The notes under the pieces are model-generated. The model was given only the letters and a program-made list of their open reading frames with translations, had not been told where the DNA came from and did no database searches. The position numbers were made by a program, and so were the translations under genes. From assembly GCA_937921035.1 (NCBI GenBank), contig CALEUL010000025.1, positions 8,444 to 72,443 of the forward strand: a stretch of DNA of 64,000 nucleotides, written 5' to 3'. This document shows positions 28,734-40,500 of this stretch, piece by piece. Numbering within the stretch: position 1 is the first letter of the stretch; each line of letters opens with the position of its first letter. This DNA is from an uncultured Porphyromonadaceae bacterium. GTDB taxonomy: Bacteria > Bacteroidota > Bacteroidia > Bacteroidales > Muribaculaceae.

Positions 28734-31190
28734 ATGACATATCCGGAGAACATTGAGCAAAAGATTGGTTTCGACGCCGTCCGCGAACGAATCCGTCAGT
28801 TCTGCTCGTCGCCGCTTGGCGGCGAATATGCCGACAAGATGGATTTCCGCAAGGATTACGCCACCGTACGCCGCCGTCTGGACCAGACCAACGAAATGCT
28901 CGGTATTCTTACTTCCGAAGCCGGTCTGGAGATAGGCGCCATACACGACCGACGCAAAGCCCTTATTTCCATACGCGTGCCCGGCACCGCACTTGCCGAG
29001 GCGGACCTGCCCGGATTGCGAGCCTGTCTGGAAACAATGGCCGCGATAGCCTCTTTTTTTGCCAAACACCGCGACGAGACCACCAACGACACACCATATC
29101 CCGCGCTGGACGCACTCGCCGCCGACCTTATGCCGTTTCCAGCTGTAGCCAGTGCCATCGACAGGATTATTGACAGGCACGGCCAGATAAAAGACAACGC
29201 GTCGCCCGAACTCGCCGACATACGCCGCTCCATGACAGCCGCTTCGGCAAGCATCAGTTCGGCCATGCGACGCGTCATATCCGCCGCCGTGCGCGAGGGA
29301 TATCTCGATGCCGACGCCACGCCGTCCATGCGCGACGGCCGCCTCGTCATCCCCGTGGCGCCGATGAATAAGCGAAAAATTCCCGGCATTGTCCACGACG
29401 AGTCGGCTTCCGGCAAAACATACTTCATAGAGCCGGCCGAAGTGGTGGAGGCCAACAACAGACTGCGAGAGCTGAGCATTGAGGAACACCGCGAGATAAT
29501 GCGCATCCTCCGCGCACTCGCCGACGAGATTCGCCCGCACATCGACGAGCTGCTTGCCGGTTTCGCATTGCTCGGTGAATTCGATTTCATTGCCGCCAAA
29601 GCCCGCTATGCCCGCGACATCGACGCCACCATGCCAAGCCTCAACGACCGTCCCGAACTTGAATGGTACGGTGCGTGCCATCCCGTGCTGAAACTGTCGC
29701 TGCGCGAACAGGGACGACCTATTGTTCCGCTCGACATCACCCTGTCGCCCAAGACGGGACGGCTTCTCGTAATCTCCGGTCCGAATGCAGGCGGCAAATC
29801 AGTTACACTGAAAACGACAGCCATAGTGCAGTACATGACCCAGTGCGGAGTCCTCCCTCCGGTATATTCCAACTCGCACATCGGCATGTTCAACGATATC
29901 TTCATCGACATAGGCGACGACCAGTCCATAGAAGACGACCTCAGCACCTATTCCTCGCATCTGCGCAACATGAAGCAGTTCCTTATGCGCGGCAACCGCC
30001 GTTCGCTCATTCTTATAGATGAATTCGGCAGCGGTACAGAACCCGAAATCGGCGGAGCAATCGCACAGGCAGTGCTGAAACAGCTCAACGCCGACGGCGT
30101 ATGGGGTGTGATAACCACACACTACCACAATCTGAAACAGTTCGCCGAAGAAACGCCAGGGCTGATAAACGGCTCCATGCTGTACGACAGACATCTGATG
30201 CAACCGCTGTTCAAACTCGCCATCGGCCATCCGGGCAGTTCTTTCGCCATAGAGATAGCCCGCAAGACAGGTCTGCCAGAAGCCATTGTGAAGGACGCGC
30301 AGGAGATTGTAGGCAGCGACTATGTGAACATGGACAAATATCTGCTCGATATAGCCCGCGACCGACGCTACTGGGAAAAGAAACGCGACGAGATTCACCG
30401 CAAGGAAAAACAGCTTGACGAAACCCTCGCCCGATACTCCGACGACGTGGAAAAACTCAGCCGCCAGCGCAAGGAAATAATCAGCGAGGCCCGCCAGGAA
30501 GCGAAACGCATCCTCGACAACAGCAACGCCAGCATCGAAAAGACCATACGCGACATCCGGAGCGCCCAAGCCGACAAAGAAAAGACCAAAATCGCGCGCG
30601 AGAAACTGAAACAGACACGTGAGGCCCTCGAAAACGATACGGAGAGCGGACATCCTCTGCTCAAGACTCCCAAAATAAAGAAAAAGAAGGAACAGAAGCC
30701 AGTAACAGCAGCCGCCGAAAAACCTCTGCAACCAGGCGACAACGTCTGTCTGAAAGACGGCGGCCAGACCGTCGGTACCGTCGAACAGATAAACGGCAAA
30801 GAAGCCACAGTGATTTTCGGCAGCATGCGCACAACAGTAAAATTGGACCGACTTAAACGTACTATACGCCAGCCGCAGACCGGAGGCTCCGGAGTATCGT
30901 ATATCGCTGCGCAGACATCCGATTCCAGCCGTCTGCGCCAGCTCGACTTCAGCGCCGAGATAGACGTACGCGGCATGCGCGCCGACGAAGCCGTACAGGC
31001 AGTGATGTACTACATCGACGACGCGGTGCAGTTCAACGCTGGCCGCGTGCGCATCCTCCACGGCACCGGTACGGGAGCGCTGCGCCAAAGCATACGTCAA
31101 TACCTCGACACCATAGGCGCTGTCCGCAGCTATCACGACGAGGATATCCGCTTCGGCGGTCCGGGTATTACGGTGGTAGAATTCAACTGA
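28734..31190 (+). CDS. mutS2: MutS2 with Smr domain
   Basis: SGPNAGGKS, LIDEFGSGTEP, C-terminal DVRGMR..ILHGTGTG. Confidence 0.96.
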   Translation: MTYPENIEQKIGFDAVRERIRQFCSSPLGGEYADKMDFRKDYATVRRRLDQTNEMLGILTSEAGLEIGAIHDRRKALISIRVPGTALAEADLPGLRACLETMAAIASFFAKHRDETTNDTPYPALDALAADLMPFPAVASAIDRIIDRHGQIKDNASPELADIRRSMTAASASISSAMRRVISAAVREGYLDADATPSMRDGRLVIPVAPMNKRKIPGIVHDESASGKTYFIEPAEVVEANNRLRELSIEEHREIMRILRALADEIRPHIDELLAGFALLGEFDFIAAKARYARDIDATMPSLNDRPELEWYGACHPVLKLSLREQGRPIVPLDITLSPKTGRLLVISGPNAGGKSVTLKTTAIVQYMTQCGVLPPVYSNSHIGMFNDIFIDIGDDQSIEDDLSTYSSHLRNMKQFLMRGNRRSLILIDEFGSGTEPEIGGAIAQAVLKQLNADGVWGVITTHYHNLKQFAEETPGLINGSMLYDRHLMQPLFKLAIGHPGSSFAIEIARKTGLPEAIVKDAQEIVGSDYVNMDKYLLDIARDRRYWEKKRDEIHRKEKQLDETLARYSDDVEKLSRQRKEIISEARQEAKRILDNSNASIEKTIRDIRSAQADKEKTKIAREKLKQTREALENDTESGHPLLKTPKIKKKKEQKPVTAAAEKPLQPGDNVCLKDGGQTVGTVEQINGKEATVIFGSMRTTVKLDRLKRTIRQPQTGGSGVSYIAAQTSDSSRLRQLDFSAEIDVRGMRADEAVQAVMYYIDDAVQFNAGRVRILHGTGTGALRQSIRQYLDTIGAVRSYHDEDIRFGGPGITVVEFN

Positions 31191-31196
31191 TATTTC

Positions 31197-31757
31197 ATGG
31201 CACTTTTAGGACAATTATTCACCACATTCGCAAAAATAGGAGCCTTCACGTTCGGCGGCGGATGGGCTATGATAAGCATCATCGAACGCGAGGTTGTAGA
31301 CAACAAGAAATGGCTCGAGAAAAACGAGTTCCTCGATTTGCTCGCCGTAGCGCAGTCGATGCCCGGCATTCTGGCCGTCAACATCTCTGTTGTCGTGGGC
31401 GACAAGCTGCGCGGGCTCAAAGGCGCAGTAATAGCCGCATCCGGCACAATACTGCCGTGCTTCTGCATAATCCTGGCAATAGCAATGTTCCTCACGCCGG
31501 AGACAATAACCGGGAACGAGACCCTCACGGCCATCTTCAAGGGCATACGTCCGTGCGTGGTGGCACTGATAGTGGCACCGGTGTTCACAACCGCCCGGTC
31601 GGCGGGAATAGGATGGAAAATGGCCTGGATACCGGTCGCTGTGGCATTGCTGATATGGTCCAAGCTGCCTTTTATTTCCAACCCCATACTGTTCATAATT
31701 GCCGGCGGCGCAATAGGATGGTGGATTACAAGCCACAGAAAGGAGACTGAACGATGA
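31197..31757 (+). CDS. Short-chain chromate transporter subunit
   Basis: KIGAFTFGGG, AQSMPG. Confidence 0.92.
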   Translation: MALLGQLFTTFAKIGAFTFGGGWAMISIIEREVVDNKKWLEKNEFLDLLAVAQSMPGILAVNISVVVGDKLRGLKGAVIAASGTILPCFCIILAIAMFLTPETITGNETLTAIFKGIRPCVVALIVAPVFTTARSAGIGWKMAWIPVAVALLIWSKLPFISNPILFIIAGGAIGWWITSHRKETER

Positions 31758-32326
31758 TGATATACCTGCGTCTTATATGGAGTTACCTCAAAATAGGTTT
31801 CTTCGGATTCGGCGGCGGCTACGCCATGCTGTCGCTGATAGAAAACGAAATCGTTACACCCGGATGGATTACAGAGCAGATGTTCACCGATATAGTCGCT
31901 ATCTCGCAGATGACCCCCGGTCCTATCGGCATCAACTCGGCCACATATATCGGCTACGTAGCCCCGGCAGTATCGTCGCCGGCACTTTCATCGCCTGTAT
32001 ATGGCATTCTCGGCTCAATACTCTGCACGCTGGTTGTTATCCTCCCGTCCTTCATTCTGGTTCGTTATGCCGGCCACTATATCACCCGGCATCACGACAG
32101 CGCCGCAATCAAAGGTATTTTCGCAGGCCTCAGGCCCGTTGTTATCGGCCTGATAGCTTCGGCGGCGCTCATTCTTATGAACGGCGAGAACTTCGGCACC
32201 ACCACTCCCGATATCATATGCAGCATAATCATAGCAGCCGTATCGCTCACAGTGGTGCTTACGACAAAAATCCACCCCATCTACGTGATAATTGCATCAG
32301 GCCTGGCAGGGTGGCTGATATTCTGA
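31754..32326 (+). CDS. Short-chain chromate transporter subunit
   Basis: KIGFFGFGGG, SQMTPGP. Confidence 0.92.
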   Translation: MMIYLRLIWSYLKIGFFGFGGGYAMLSLIENEIVTPGWITEQMFTDIVAISQMTPGPIGINSATYIGYVAPAVSSPALSSPVYGILGSILCTLVVILPSFILVRYAGHYITRHHDSAAIKGIFAGLRPVVIGLIASAALILMNGENFGTTTPDIICSIIIAAVSLTVVLTTKIHPIYVIIASGLAGWLIF

Positions 32327-32333
32327 GCCGAAA

Positions 32334-33200
32334 ATGAAACACGGTCTGTTATTGTTCCCGAAATCCTGCGGAGCAGGAGGCCCAGACGCTTTCGCCTGGT
32401 GGATATCCGAGGCAGCAGCTCTCGGCATTGAACTGCGGCAGGCTTTTTTTGAGGACATAACGGTAGAATTCTGCCGGCACACGGAATTCCGGCTTTACGG
32501 CGAGCGCATCGGCAAACCCGATTTCGTGATAATGCGCGGCTACTGCGCGGAAATATCTACCGCTTTCGAGACCGCCGGCATACCGGTGTTCAACCGATGG
32601 GCAGCGATGGCCGCAAGTCTGAACAAAGTGATAACCCACAACCTGCTTGTCGCCGCAGGAATACCCACACCCCGCACTTTCTGGAGTCCGGTTCCATCGG
32701 CATATCAGACAGTCTGCGCAATGCTGGAAAGCAATGTTTTCGTGGCCAAACGTCCCGATTCATCGAGGGGTTACGACGTATATCTTGTACACGACGCCGA
32801 CGAATATGCCCACGCCTGTACCGCATGCAACGGCAACATGCTTGTGCAGGAATATATCGCCTCCAGCCACGGACGCGACCTACGAGTCTGGACCGTCGGC
32901 ACCGCCGCCGTAGCACAGGTGCTCCGCCACTCGGACACCTCGTTTCTCTCCAATTTTTCACAGGGCGGCAGTGCGTCGCCGTTTGCGCTCACACCCGAGG
33001 CGGCAGCAATGGCAGTGAGCGCCAGCAATGCCATAGGACTTGACATTGCCGGAGTTGATCTGCTGTTTACCGCCGACGGCAACCACACCGTATGCGAAGT
33101 CAACGGAAACGCCGGATTCCGCACACTATCCGCCATAGGCGGCCCTAATATTATAAAACTGTACATGGAGTACATACATTCAAAAGTTTATGGCAACTGA
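32334..33200 (+). CDS. RimK-family ATP-grasp ligase
   Basis: GIPTPRT, LVQEYI, DLRVW, SNFSQGG, AGVDLL, CEVNGNAGF. Confidence 0.9.
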   Translation: MKHGLLLFPKSCGAGGPDAFAWWISEAAALGIELRQAFFEDITVEFCRHTEFRLYGERIGKPDFVIMRGYCAEISTAFETAGIPVFNRWAAMAASLNKVITHNLLVAAGIPTPRTFWSPVPSAYQTVCAMLESNVFVAKRPDSSRGYDVYLVHDADEYAHACTACNGNMLVQEYIASSHGRDLRVWTVGTAAVAQVLRHSDTSFLSNFSQGGSASPFALTPEAAAMAVSASNAIGLDIAGVDLLFTADGNHTVCEVNGNAGFRTLSAIGGPNIIKLYMEYIHSKVYGN

Positions 33201-34494
33201 AGAACAGGAATACCGCGAAGCGCTCGACTATCTTTCCGAACACTATACCGCCTTCCACAAGGTAGGCGCCAAGGCATACCATCCGGGCCTCGGAAGCACA
33301 CTGGAGCTTTCCGCACGCCTCGGCAACCCGCACACAAAATTCAATACCATCCATGTGGGCGGCACAAACGGCAAAGGTTCCACGGCCCACACTATTGCTG
33401 CCGTTCTTCAGTGCGCAGGCCTGAAAGTGGGGCTATACACGTCGCCGCACATTCTCGATTTCCGCGAACGCATACGCATAAACGGCCTGATGATAGAAAA
33501 AGCCGCGGTAGCGGACTTTATGAAGCGCCTGCGCGAAATCCAGGGCGAACTCACACCTTCATTCTTCGAAGTGGCCACACTTATGGCTTTCCACTACTTT
33601 GCCACCGAAAAAGTAGATATAGCCGTAATAGAAGTCGGTCTTGGCGGACGGCTGGACAGTACGAACATAATAACACCTCTGTTGTCGGTAATAACAAACA
33701 TATCACTGGACCATACCGCTTTACTCGGCGATACCGAAGCAGCCATAGCCACCGAGAAAGCCGGCATCATCAAACCCGGAGTACCGGTTGTGATAGGCTC
33801 GGCCGCCGGAGAGGTTCTCGAGGTGTTCCGCGACAAGGCAACTCAATGCCAGTTGCCTCTGTACCTTGCCTCCGGTCAAAAAATTTATGCGGAAGCCGAA
33901 CAGTTCAGCGACCATATAGAATATACCGGTACGCCCTGGGGTAGCATAAGCGGCGAACTTGCCGGCGACTGCCAGATAGAAAATGCCGCCACAATAATGA
34001 CTGCCCTGCAAGTGCTCACGCAGGCCGGTTTACCGATAAGCTCTGCGGCGGTCCGCAAAGGCATGGCAGAAGTATGCAGCCTCACCGGTCTGACGGGACG
34101 ATGGATGCAAATACAATCGGCACCAGTGCGTGTGCTGTGCGATACCGGGCATAACATAGGCGGCTGGAGGCATCTTGGCCCTCGTCTGTGCGCGATTTCC
34201 GAGGAATCACCTCTGCGCATAATCCTCGGCTTCGTGAGCGACAAGGACGTAGACGCCATTTTCGAGACAATGCCACGCAACGCATTCTACTACTTCACAC
34301 GTCCCGTCGTAGACAGGGCTCGCCCAGCCGAATCCACTGCCGCCGTCGCCGCAGCCCACGGCCTGGCAGGCAAAGTGTATTCCAGTGTAGCCGAAGCATA
34401 TACGGCAGCCCTCGGCGAGGCCTCCGAAGGAGACACCATATTCGTTGGCGGCTCCACATTCATCGTCGCCGACCTGCTCGGCTGCTTGAAATAG
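33190..34494 (+). CDS. folC: Folylpolyglutamate/dihydrofolate synthase
   Basis: HVGGTNGKGST, YTSPH, EVGLGGRLDSTN, DTGHN. Confidence 0.96.
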   Translation: MATEEQEYREALDYLSEHYTAFHKVGAKAYHPGLGSTLELSARLGNPHTKFNTIHVGGTNGKGSTAHTIAAVLQCAGLKVGLYTSPHILDFRERIRINGLMIEKAAVADFMKRLREIQGELTPSFFEVATLMAFHYFATEKVDIAVIEVGLGGRLDSTNIITPLLSVITNISLDHTALLGDTEAAIATEKAGIIKPGVPVVIGSAAGEVLEVFRDKATQCQLPLYLASGQKIYAEAEQFSDHIEYTGTPWGSISGELAGDCQIENAATIMTALQVLTQAGLPISSAAVRKGMAEVCSLTGLTGRWMQIQSAPVRVLCDTGHNIGGWRHLGPRLCAISEESPLRIILGFVSDKDVDAIFETMPRNAFYYFTRPVVDRARPAESTAAVAAAHGLAGKVYSSVAEAYTAALGEASEGDTIFVGGSTFIVADLLGCLK

Positions 34495-34530
34495 CTGGTT
34501 TAGCTGGTTTAGCTATTATAGATATGATAC

Positions 34531-34557
34531 AAAACCATGTTTTATAGCATGGTTTTT
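34531..34557 (+). terminator. Probable terminator after folC
   Basis: AAAACCATG/CATGGTTTT stem with T tail. Confidence 0.55.
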
Positions 34558-34617
34558 ATTATTTTTCACAAAAAATCACTAATTTTGCACCGAATTTCTA
34601 AGGTATAATGTAGTTTT

Positions 34618-36363
34618 ATGAGTACAACCGGTATTTCCGAGGTTTCTACTGTTACCAAATCGGTGGTTTCCAATGCAGTAGACTTTCACCCCAAGCTCTT
34701 TAAAGCACTCCGGCACTACACATCCGCAAAACTGAAAGCCGACATCACGGCCGGTATTGTTGTAGGTATTGTCGCACTTCCTCTTGCAATCGCATTCGGC
34801 ATCGCATCTGGCGTAAGCCCCACCATCGGCTTATTGACAGCCATCATCGGCGGCTTCATGGTTTCTTTTGCCGGGGGCAACTCGGTGCAGATCGGCGGCC
34901 CGACGGGCGCTTTCATCGTTATTGTATATAACATTATCGCACAGTTCGGTCTGCACGGCCTCGCAGTGGCAACGTTCATGGCCGGCCTGATTCTTGTGCT
35001 GCTCGGCCTGTTCCGGCTCGGCACAGTAATCAAGTTTATCCCCTACCCTATTGTCGTCGGCTTCACCGCAGGTATAGCCCTTACGATATTTTCCACTCAG
35101 ATCAACGACTTTCTGGGGCTCGGTCTCACAGACATACCAGGCCAGTTCCTTCCCAAGTGGGGCCTGTACCTCCGCAGCCTCGGCAACATATCGCCTGTAA
35201 CGCTGATTGTCTCCGTGGTATCACTCCTTATTATAATAGCGACACCAAAGATTTCCAAACGACTGCCCGGCGCGCTAATCGCCATTGTGGTCGCCACAGG
35301 CGCCTGCTATCTTATGTCTGAGTTCTTCGACTGGTTCCATGTCGAGACCATCGGCGACCGCTTCGGCACAATGGCCACCGACATCCCCACGCCTCACGGC
35401 TTCACGCTGAATATGGCCACGATAAACATGTTGCTTCCGTCGGCATTCACAATAGCGGTGCTGTGCGCTATCGAGTCGCTGCTATCGGCAACCGTGGCCG
35501 ACGGTATCACCGGCTCGCACACAAACAGCAACACCGAGCTTATCGGCCAGGGTCTGGCAAACATCACCGTACCGTTCTTCGGCGGCATACCCGTAACCGG
35601 CGCAATCGCCCGCACAATGACCAACATCACCAACGGCGGCCGCACCCCTGTGGCGGGCATAGTACACGCCCTGGTGCTTCTGCTCATCTTCCTCTTTGCA
35701 ATGCCTCTTATCAATTATGTGCCCCTTGCCACACTGGCGGCAGTTCTTATGGTGGTTTCATATAATATGAGCGGCTGGCGCACTGTTGTTGGAATTTTCC
35801 GCTCGCCCAAAAGCGACATATCGGTATTGGTGGTAACGTTCCTGCTTACCGTGATCTTCGACCTCACCATCGCCATCGAGATCGGTCTGCTCCTTGCCGT
35901 AGTTCTCTTTATACGCCGCGTAACCGAAAACACCGAGATTAAGGTTTACTCCGAGAAACTCGACGTTGCCGAAGGCACCGACCTTGATACCCACGAGGTT
36001 CTCAACGTAGCAAAAGGCGTTAGCGTCTACGAAATCGACGGTCCGTTCTTCTTCGGCGTGGCCACGAAATTCGACGAGCTGATGCGTTCGGCCATGCGGG
36101 ACAAACCTATCGTCCGCATCATCCGCATGCGTAAGGTATCATTTATAGACGCCACTGGCATCCACAATCTCGAGATACTAATCCGCGGTTCTCAGGCCGA
36201 AGGCATCCACATAGTCCTCTCCGGAGTAAAGGATAACGTACGCGCCTCGCTGGAGCATGCGGGAATACAGGATCTAATCGGCGAAGAGAATATCTGCTCA
36301 CACATCTCCGAAGCCGTCGAGATGGCCAACCGCATCACGGAAACACAAGGCTTTCGCAACTGA
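34618..36363 (+). CDS. SulP-family anion transporter with STAS domain
   Basis: ALPLAIAFGIASG, QIGGPTGAF, GPFFFG, FIDATG. Confidence 0.95.
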   Translation: MSTTGISEVSTVTKSVVSNAVDFHPKLFKALRHYTSAKLKADITAGIVVGIVALPLAIAFGIASGVSPTIGLLTAIIGGFMVSFAGGNSVQIGGPTGAFIVIVYNIIAQFGLHGLAVATFMAGLILVLLGLFRLGTVIKFIPYPIVVGFTAGIALTIFSTQINDFLGLGLTDIPGQFLPKWGLYLRSLGNISPVTLIVSVVSLLIIIATPKISKRLPGALIAIVVATGACYLMSEFFDWFHVETIGDRFGTMATDIPTPHGFTLNMATINMLLPSAFTIAVLCAIESLLSATVADGITGSHTNSNTELIGQGLANITVPFFGGIPVTGAIARTMTNITNGGRTPVAGIVHALVLLLIFLFAMPLINYVPLATLAAVLMVVSYNMSGWRTVVGIFRSPKSDISVLVVTFLLTVIFDLTIAIEIGLLLAVVLFIRRVTENTEIKVYSEKLDVAEGTDLDTHEVLNVAKGVSVYEIDGPFFFGVATKFDELMRSAMRDKPIVRIIRMRKVSFIDATGIHNLEILIRGSQAEGIHIVLSGVKDNVRASLEHAGIQDLIGEENICSHISEAVEMANRITETQGFRN

Positions 36364-36527
36364 TTTTTATCATTTGTTGGCTCGCGAAGGCAAAAAAACG
36401 TCCTAAATGTTAATTTTGGCGTATAAAACGTGAATATTTCCGTACAGAATTTTTGCAATTAAAAAAAATGGCGTAAATTTGCACCGTTTTTGAAGCACAA
36501 ATGTTTTATTACTTAATCAAGACGAAA

Positions 36528-36740
36528 ATGAAAAAGTTAGTTTTAATGCTTGCTGTAGCATTCAGCATGTCGTTCTTCGCTTGCGGTAACAAAGAAGCAG
36601 CTGCAGAAGCAGAAGCAGAAGCACAGGACACCGTAGCAGTTGTTGAAGAAGAAGTAGTTGCCGCTGCTGTTGACACCCTCACCAACGACACCACCGTTGT
36701 AGCCGCTGAAGAAGTAGCTGCAGCTCCCGTTGCTGAATAA
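36528..36740 (+). CDS. Small acidic Ala/Glu/Val-rich lipoprotein, 70 aa
   Basis: MKKLVL..FFAC lipobox; strongly biased codons; own promoter and terminator. Confidence 0.88.
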   Translation: MKKLVLMLAVAFSMSFFACGNKEAAAEAEAEAQDTVAVVEEEVVAAAVDTLTNDTTVVAAEEVAAAPVAE

Positions 36741-36767
36741 TTCAGTACAGCATTAACGAAAAAGACT

Positions 36768-36795
36768 ATCGGCCCCTTTGGGAGCCGATTTTTTT
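36768..36795 (+). terminator. Terminator
   Basis: ATCGGCCCC/GGAGCCGAT plus T run. Confidence 0.7.
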
Positions 36796-36883
36796 GTTTT
36801 AAACGCCGGATGATTTGGAAAACTCAGAAAAAAAACGTACTTTTGCGGCGCATTAAAAACAAACCAATAACAAAACACTCTAA

Positions 36884-37420
36884 ATGGCAACAAAAATTAG
36901 ACTGCAACGTCATGGTCGCAAGAACTATGCGTTCTATCCTATTGTTATCGCCGATAGCAGGGCACCACGAGATGGTAGATTTATTGAAAGGATAGGTTCC
37001 TATAATCCGAACACTAATCCTGCTACAGTTACTCTTGATTTCGAACGTGCTTTGTATTGGGTAACAACCGGTGCCGAACCCACCGACACCGTTCGCTCCA
37101 TTCTTTCTCACGAAGGCGTACTTCTGATGCACCACCTGCTTGGCGGCGTAAAGAAAGGCGCATTCGACCAGGCAGAAGCAGAACGTCGCTTCAACGCATG
37201 GAAAGCCCAGAAAGATGCAAAAAATGCAGCCGTAAAGACAGCCGACGAAAACAAGCGTCAGACAACGGCAAAACAGCGTCTCGAAGCCGAAGTAGCCAAG
37301 AACAAGGCTAAGGCAGAAGAAGTCGCCAAGAAAAAAGCAGAAGCCGCAGCTGCCGCAGCAGCAGCCCAGGCCGAAGCTGAGGCTCCCGCCGAAGAAGCTC
37401 AGGCCGAAGCTGCCGAATAA
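36884..37420 (+). CDS. rpsP: 30S ribosomal protein S16 with C-terminal extension
   Basis: [22 protein letters not shown]. Confidence 0.98.
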   Translation: MATKIRLQRHGRKNYAFYPIVIADSRAPRDGRFIERIGSYNPNTNPATVTLDFERALYWVTTGAEPTDTVRSILSHEGVLLMHHLLGGVKKGAFDQAEAERRFNAWKAQKDAKNAAVKTADENKRQTTAKQRLEAEVAKNKAKAEEVAKKKAEAAAAAAAAQAEAEAPAEEAQAEAAE

Positions 37421-37451
37421 GCAGCACGCCCTCGGGCTCGACGATATCCGG

Positions 37452-37490
37452 AAAAGGGTGTGTCCGCGTTCCATGCCGGCACACCCTTTT
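37452..37490 (+). terminator. rpsP terminator
   Basis: AAAAGGGTGTG/CACACCCTTTT. Confidence 0.75.
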
Positions 37491-37533
37491 ACTTAAAAAG
37501 TATGTCAATACTCCGATTACCACTCCCTTTTGT

Positions 37534-40500
37534 ATGAAAAAATTCAATGAATATTCCGGTCTGAATCTCTCCGACCTCAACAAGGAGATATTAGCCAAAT
37601 GGAACTCCGACAACCTCTTCCGCCGCAGCGTAGCACTGCGCGAAGGTGCCCCGTCCTTTGTATTCTATGAAGGACCACCCTCCGCAAACGGTATGCCGGG
37701 AATCCACCATGTGATGGCCCGCACCATCAAGGACCTTTTCTGCCGTTACAAAACCATGCAGGGCTTCCAGGTGCAGCGAAAAGCCGGCTGGGACACCCAC
37801 GGGCTGCCCGTGGAACTCGGCGTTGAAAAATCGCTCGGCATAACCAAGGAAGACATCGGCAAAAAGATTACCGTTGACGAATATAACGCCGCCTGCCGCC
37901 GCGAGGTGATGAAATATACAAAGGAGTGGGAAACCCTCACCAATATGATGGGCTACTGGGTAGACACCACCGACCCCTATATCACCTACGACAACCGGTA
38001 CATAGAAACCGTATGGTGGCTTCTCGCCCAGCTCTACAGCAAGGACCTGCTGTACAAAGGATACACAATCCAGCCCTATTCGCCTGCCGCCGGCACCGGC
38101 CTGAGCTCGCACGAGCTTAACCAGCCAGGATGCTACCGCGACGTAAAAGACACCACCTGCATAGCGCAGTTCACTATAACAGACCCCATCGAGGCGATGA
38201 AAGGGTGGGGAACACCCGTAATGCTGGCATGGACCACCACACCGTGGACCTTGCCCTCGAACACGGCACTGGCAGTAGGCCCCGCTATCAAATACTGCAT
38301 CGTTCGCACCTACAATCCCTATTCCGGCAAACCGATGACCGCCGTGGCCGCCGAAGCGCTCATGCCGACCCTCTTCAACCCCAAAGGCAGCGAAATAGCC
38401 CTTGAGGACTACAAGCAGGGCGACAAGATTGTGCCGTATCGTGTTGTCGCCACCGTTACCGGCAACGACCTCGTTGGCATGCACTACATGCAGCTTCTGC
38501 CTTGGGTTAACCCCGGAGAAGGCGCATTCCGCGTAATCCCCGGCGATTATGTTACCACCGAAGACGGTACCGGCATAGTCCATATCGCCGGCACTTTCGG
38601 CGCCGACGACTTGCGCGTGAGCAAGCAGGCCGGCATACCGCCACTGCACCTTATCGACCGCGACGGCAAAATCCGCCCGATGGTAGACCTCTCCGGACGT
38701 TTCTACCGCATAGAGGACCTCGACCCCGAGTTTGTGAAAAACATGGTCGATACGGAAGAATACAGCAAGTGGGCCGGACGCTACGTAAAGAACGCCTACG
38801 ACCCCGAAGCAACGGACACCACCGAAACGCTCGACGTTGCCATCTGCATGGACCTCAAGGCCTCCGGCAAGGCATTCCGCATAGAAAAGCACGTACACAA
38901 CTACCCGCACTGCTGGCGCACCGACAAGCCCGTGCTCTATTATCCGCTTGACAGCTGGTTTATCCGTTCCAGCGCCGCTCGCCAGCGCATGATGGAACTT
39001 AACGATACAATTCAGTGGAAGCCCGCCTCTACCGGCTCGGGCCGTTTCGGCAAATGGCTGGAGAACCTACAGGACTGGAACCTGTCGCGCAGCCGCTTCT
39101 GGGGCACACCTCTGCCTATCTGGCGCACCGAAAACGGCGCCGAAGAAATATGCATCGACAGCGTGCAGACTCTCTGGGACGAGATAGAAAAATCTGTCGC
39201 CGCCGGCATCATGAAATCCAATCCGTTTAAGGACAAAGGTTTTGTTCCCGGCGATTATTCGAAAGAGAACTACGCCAAGATAGACCTGCACCGCCCGTAC
39301 GTTGACGATATCGTTCTTGTGAGCGCCACGGGCAAGCCTATGACCCGCGAGACCGACCTTATCGACGTATGGTTCGACAGCGGTTCCATGCCATATGCCC
39401 AGCTTCACTATCCCTTCGAGAACAAGGAAGCTGTCGATTCCGGCCGAATGTTCCCCGCCGACTTCATCGCCGAGGGCGTCGACCAGACACGCGGCTGGTT
39501 CTACACCCTCCACGCCATCGGCACAATGGCTTTCGACTCCCGCGCCTTCAAGGCCGTTATTTCCAACGGTCTTGTGCTTGACAAGAACGGCGAGAAAATG
39601 TCCAAACGCAAAGGCAACGCCGTAGATCCTTTCGAGACAATAGAGAAATACGGTTCGGACCCCCTGCGCTGGTACATGATTTCGTGCTCGTCGCCCTGGG
39701 ACAACCTGAAATACGACAGCGAAGGCGTAGAGGAAGTAGCCCGCAAGTTCTTCTCCACGCTCTCCAACACCTACAACTTCTTTGCCATGTACGCCAACGT
39801 AGACGGTTTCAGCGGCGAGGAACAGCAGGTACCCGTAAGCAAGCGCCCCGAGATAGACCGCTGGATACTCTCTCTGCTCAACAGCCTTGTAGCAACAGTA
39901 ACGGCAGAGTTCGACGACTACGAACCCACCCGCGGCGTGCGCGCCATCAGTGCCTTCGTGCTCGACAATCTTTCCAACTGGTATGTGCGCCTCAACCGCA
40001 AGCGCTTCTGGAGCCGCGGTCTCGACCAGGACAAACTTGCCGCATACCAGACCCTGTATACCTGCCTGCTCACCGTGGCCAAGCTTATGGCGCCAGTAAG
40101 CCCGTTCTTCAGCGACAGGCTCTACCGCGACCTCACCCACTGCAGCAGCGGCAACTCGGTACACCTGGCCGACTTCCCCAAGGCCGACAACCCGCTTATC
40201 GACAAAGCACTTGAACAGCGTATGGACATAGCCCAGCGCCTTACCTCGCTTGTTCTCTCGCTGCGCAAGAAGGCCAACATAAAGGTACGTCAGCCGCTGG
40301 CCAAGATGCTCGTGCCTTCGTCGTCGGACGAGCTTTCGGCCATCGTCAAGGCCGTTACGCCCATCGTGGCAGCGGAAGTCAACGTGAAAGCCATAGAGAT
40401 TGTCAACGCCGACAACGAGGTATTCGTAAAACGCGTGGTTCCCGATTTCAAGAAACTCGGACCCAAGTTCGGCAAAAAGATGAAAGCCGCCGCCGAGATT

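Noticed and set aside
34492..34515. TAGCTGGTT tandem repeat at the folC stop
   Set aside because: About 2.5 copies with no effect on coding.
32334..36740. ATP-grasp plus small acidic peptide as a graspetide cluster
   Set aside because: The peptide is a separately transcribed lipoprotein 3 kb away with no leader/core pattern.
37200..37420. Long Ala/Glu/Lys tail of S16
   Set aside because: Common in Bacteroidota.
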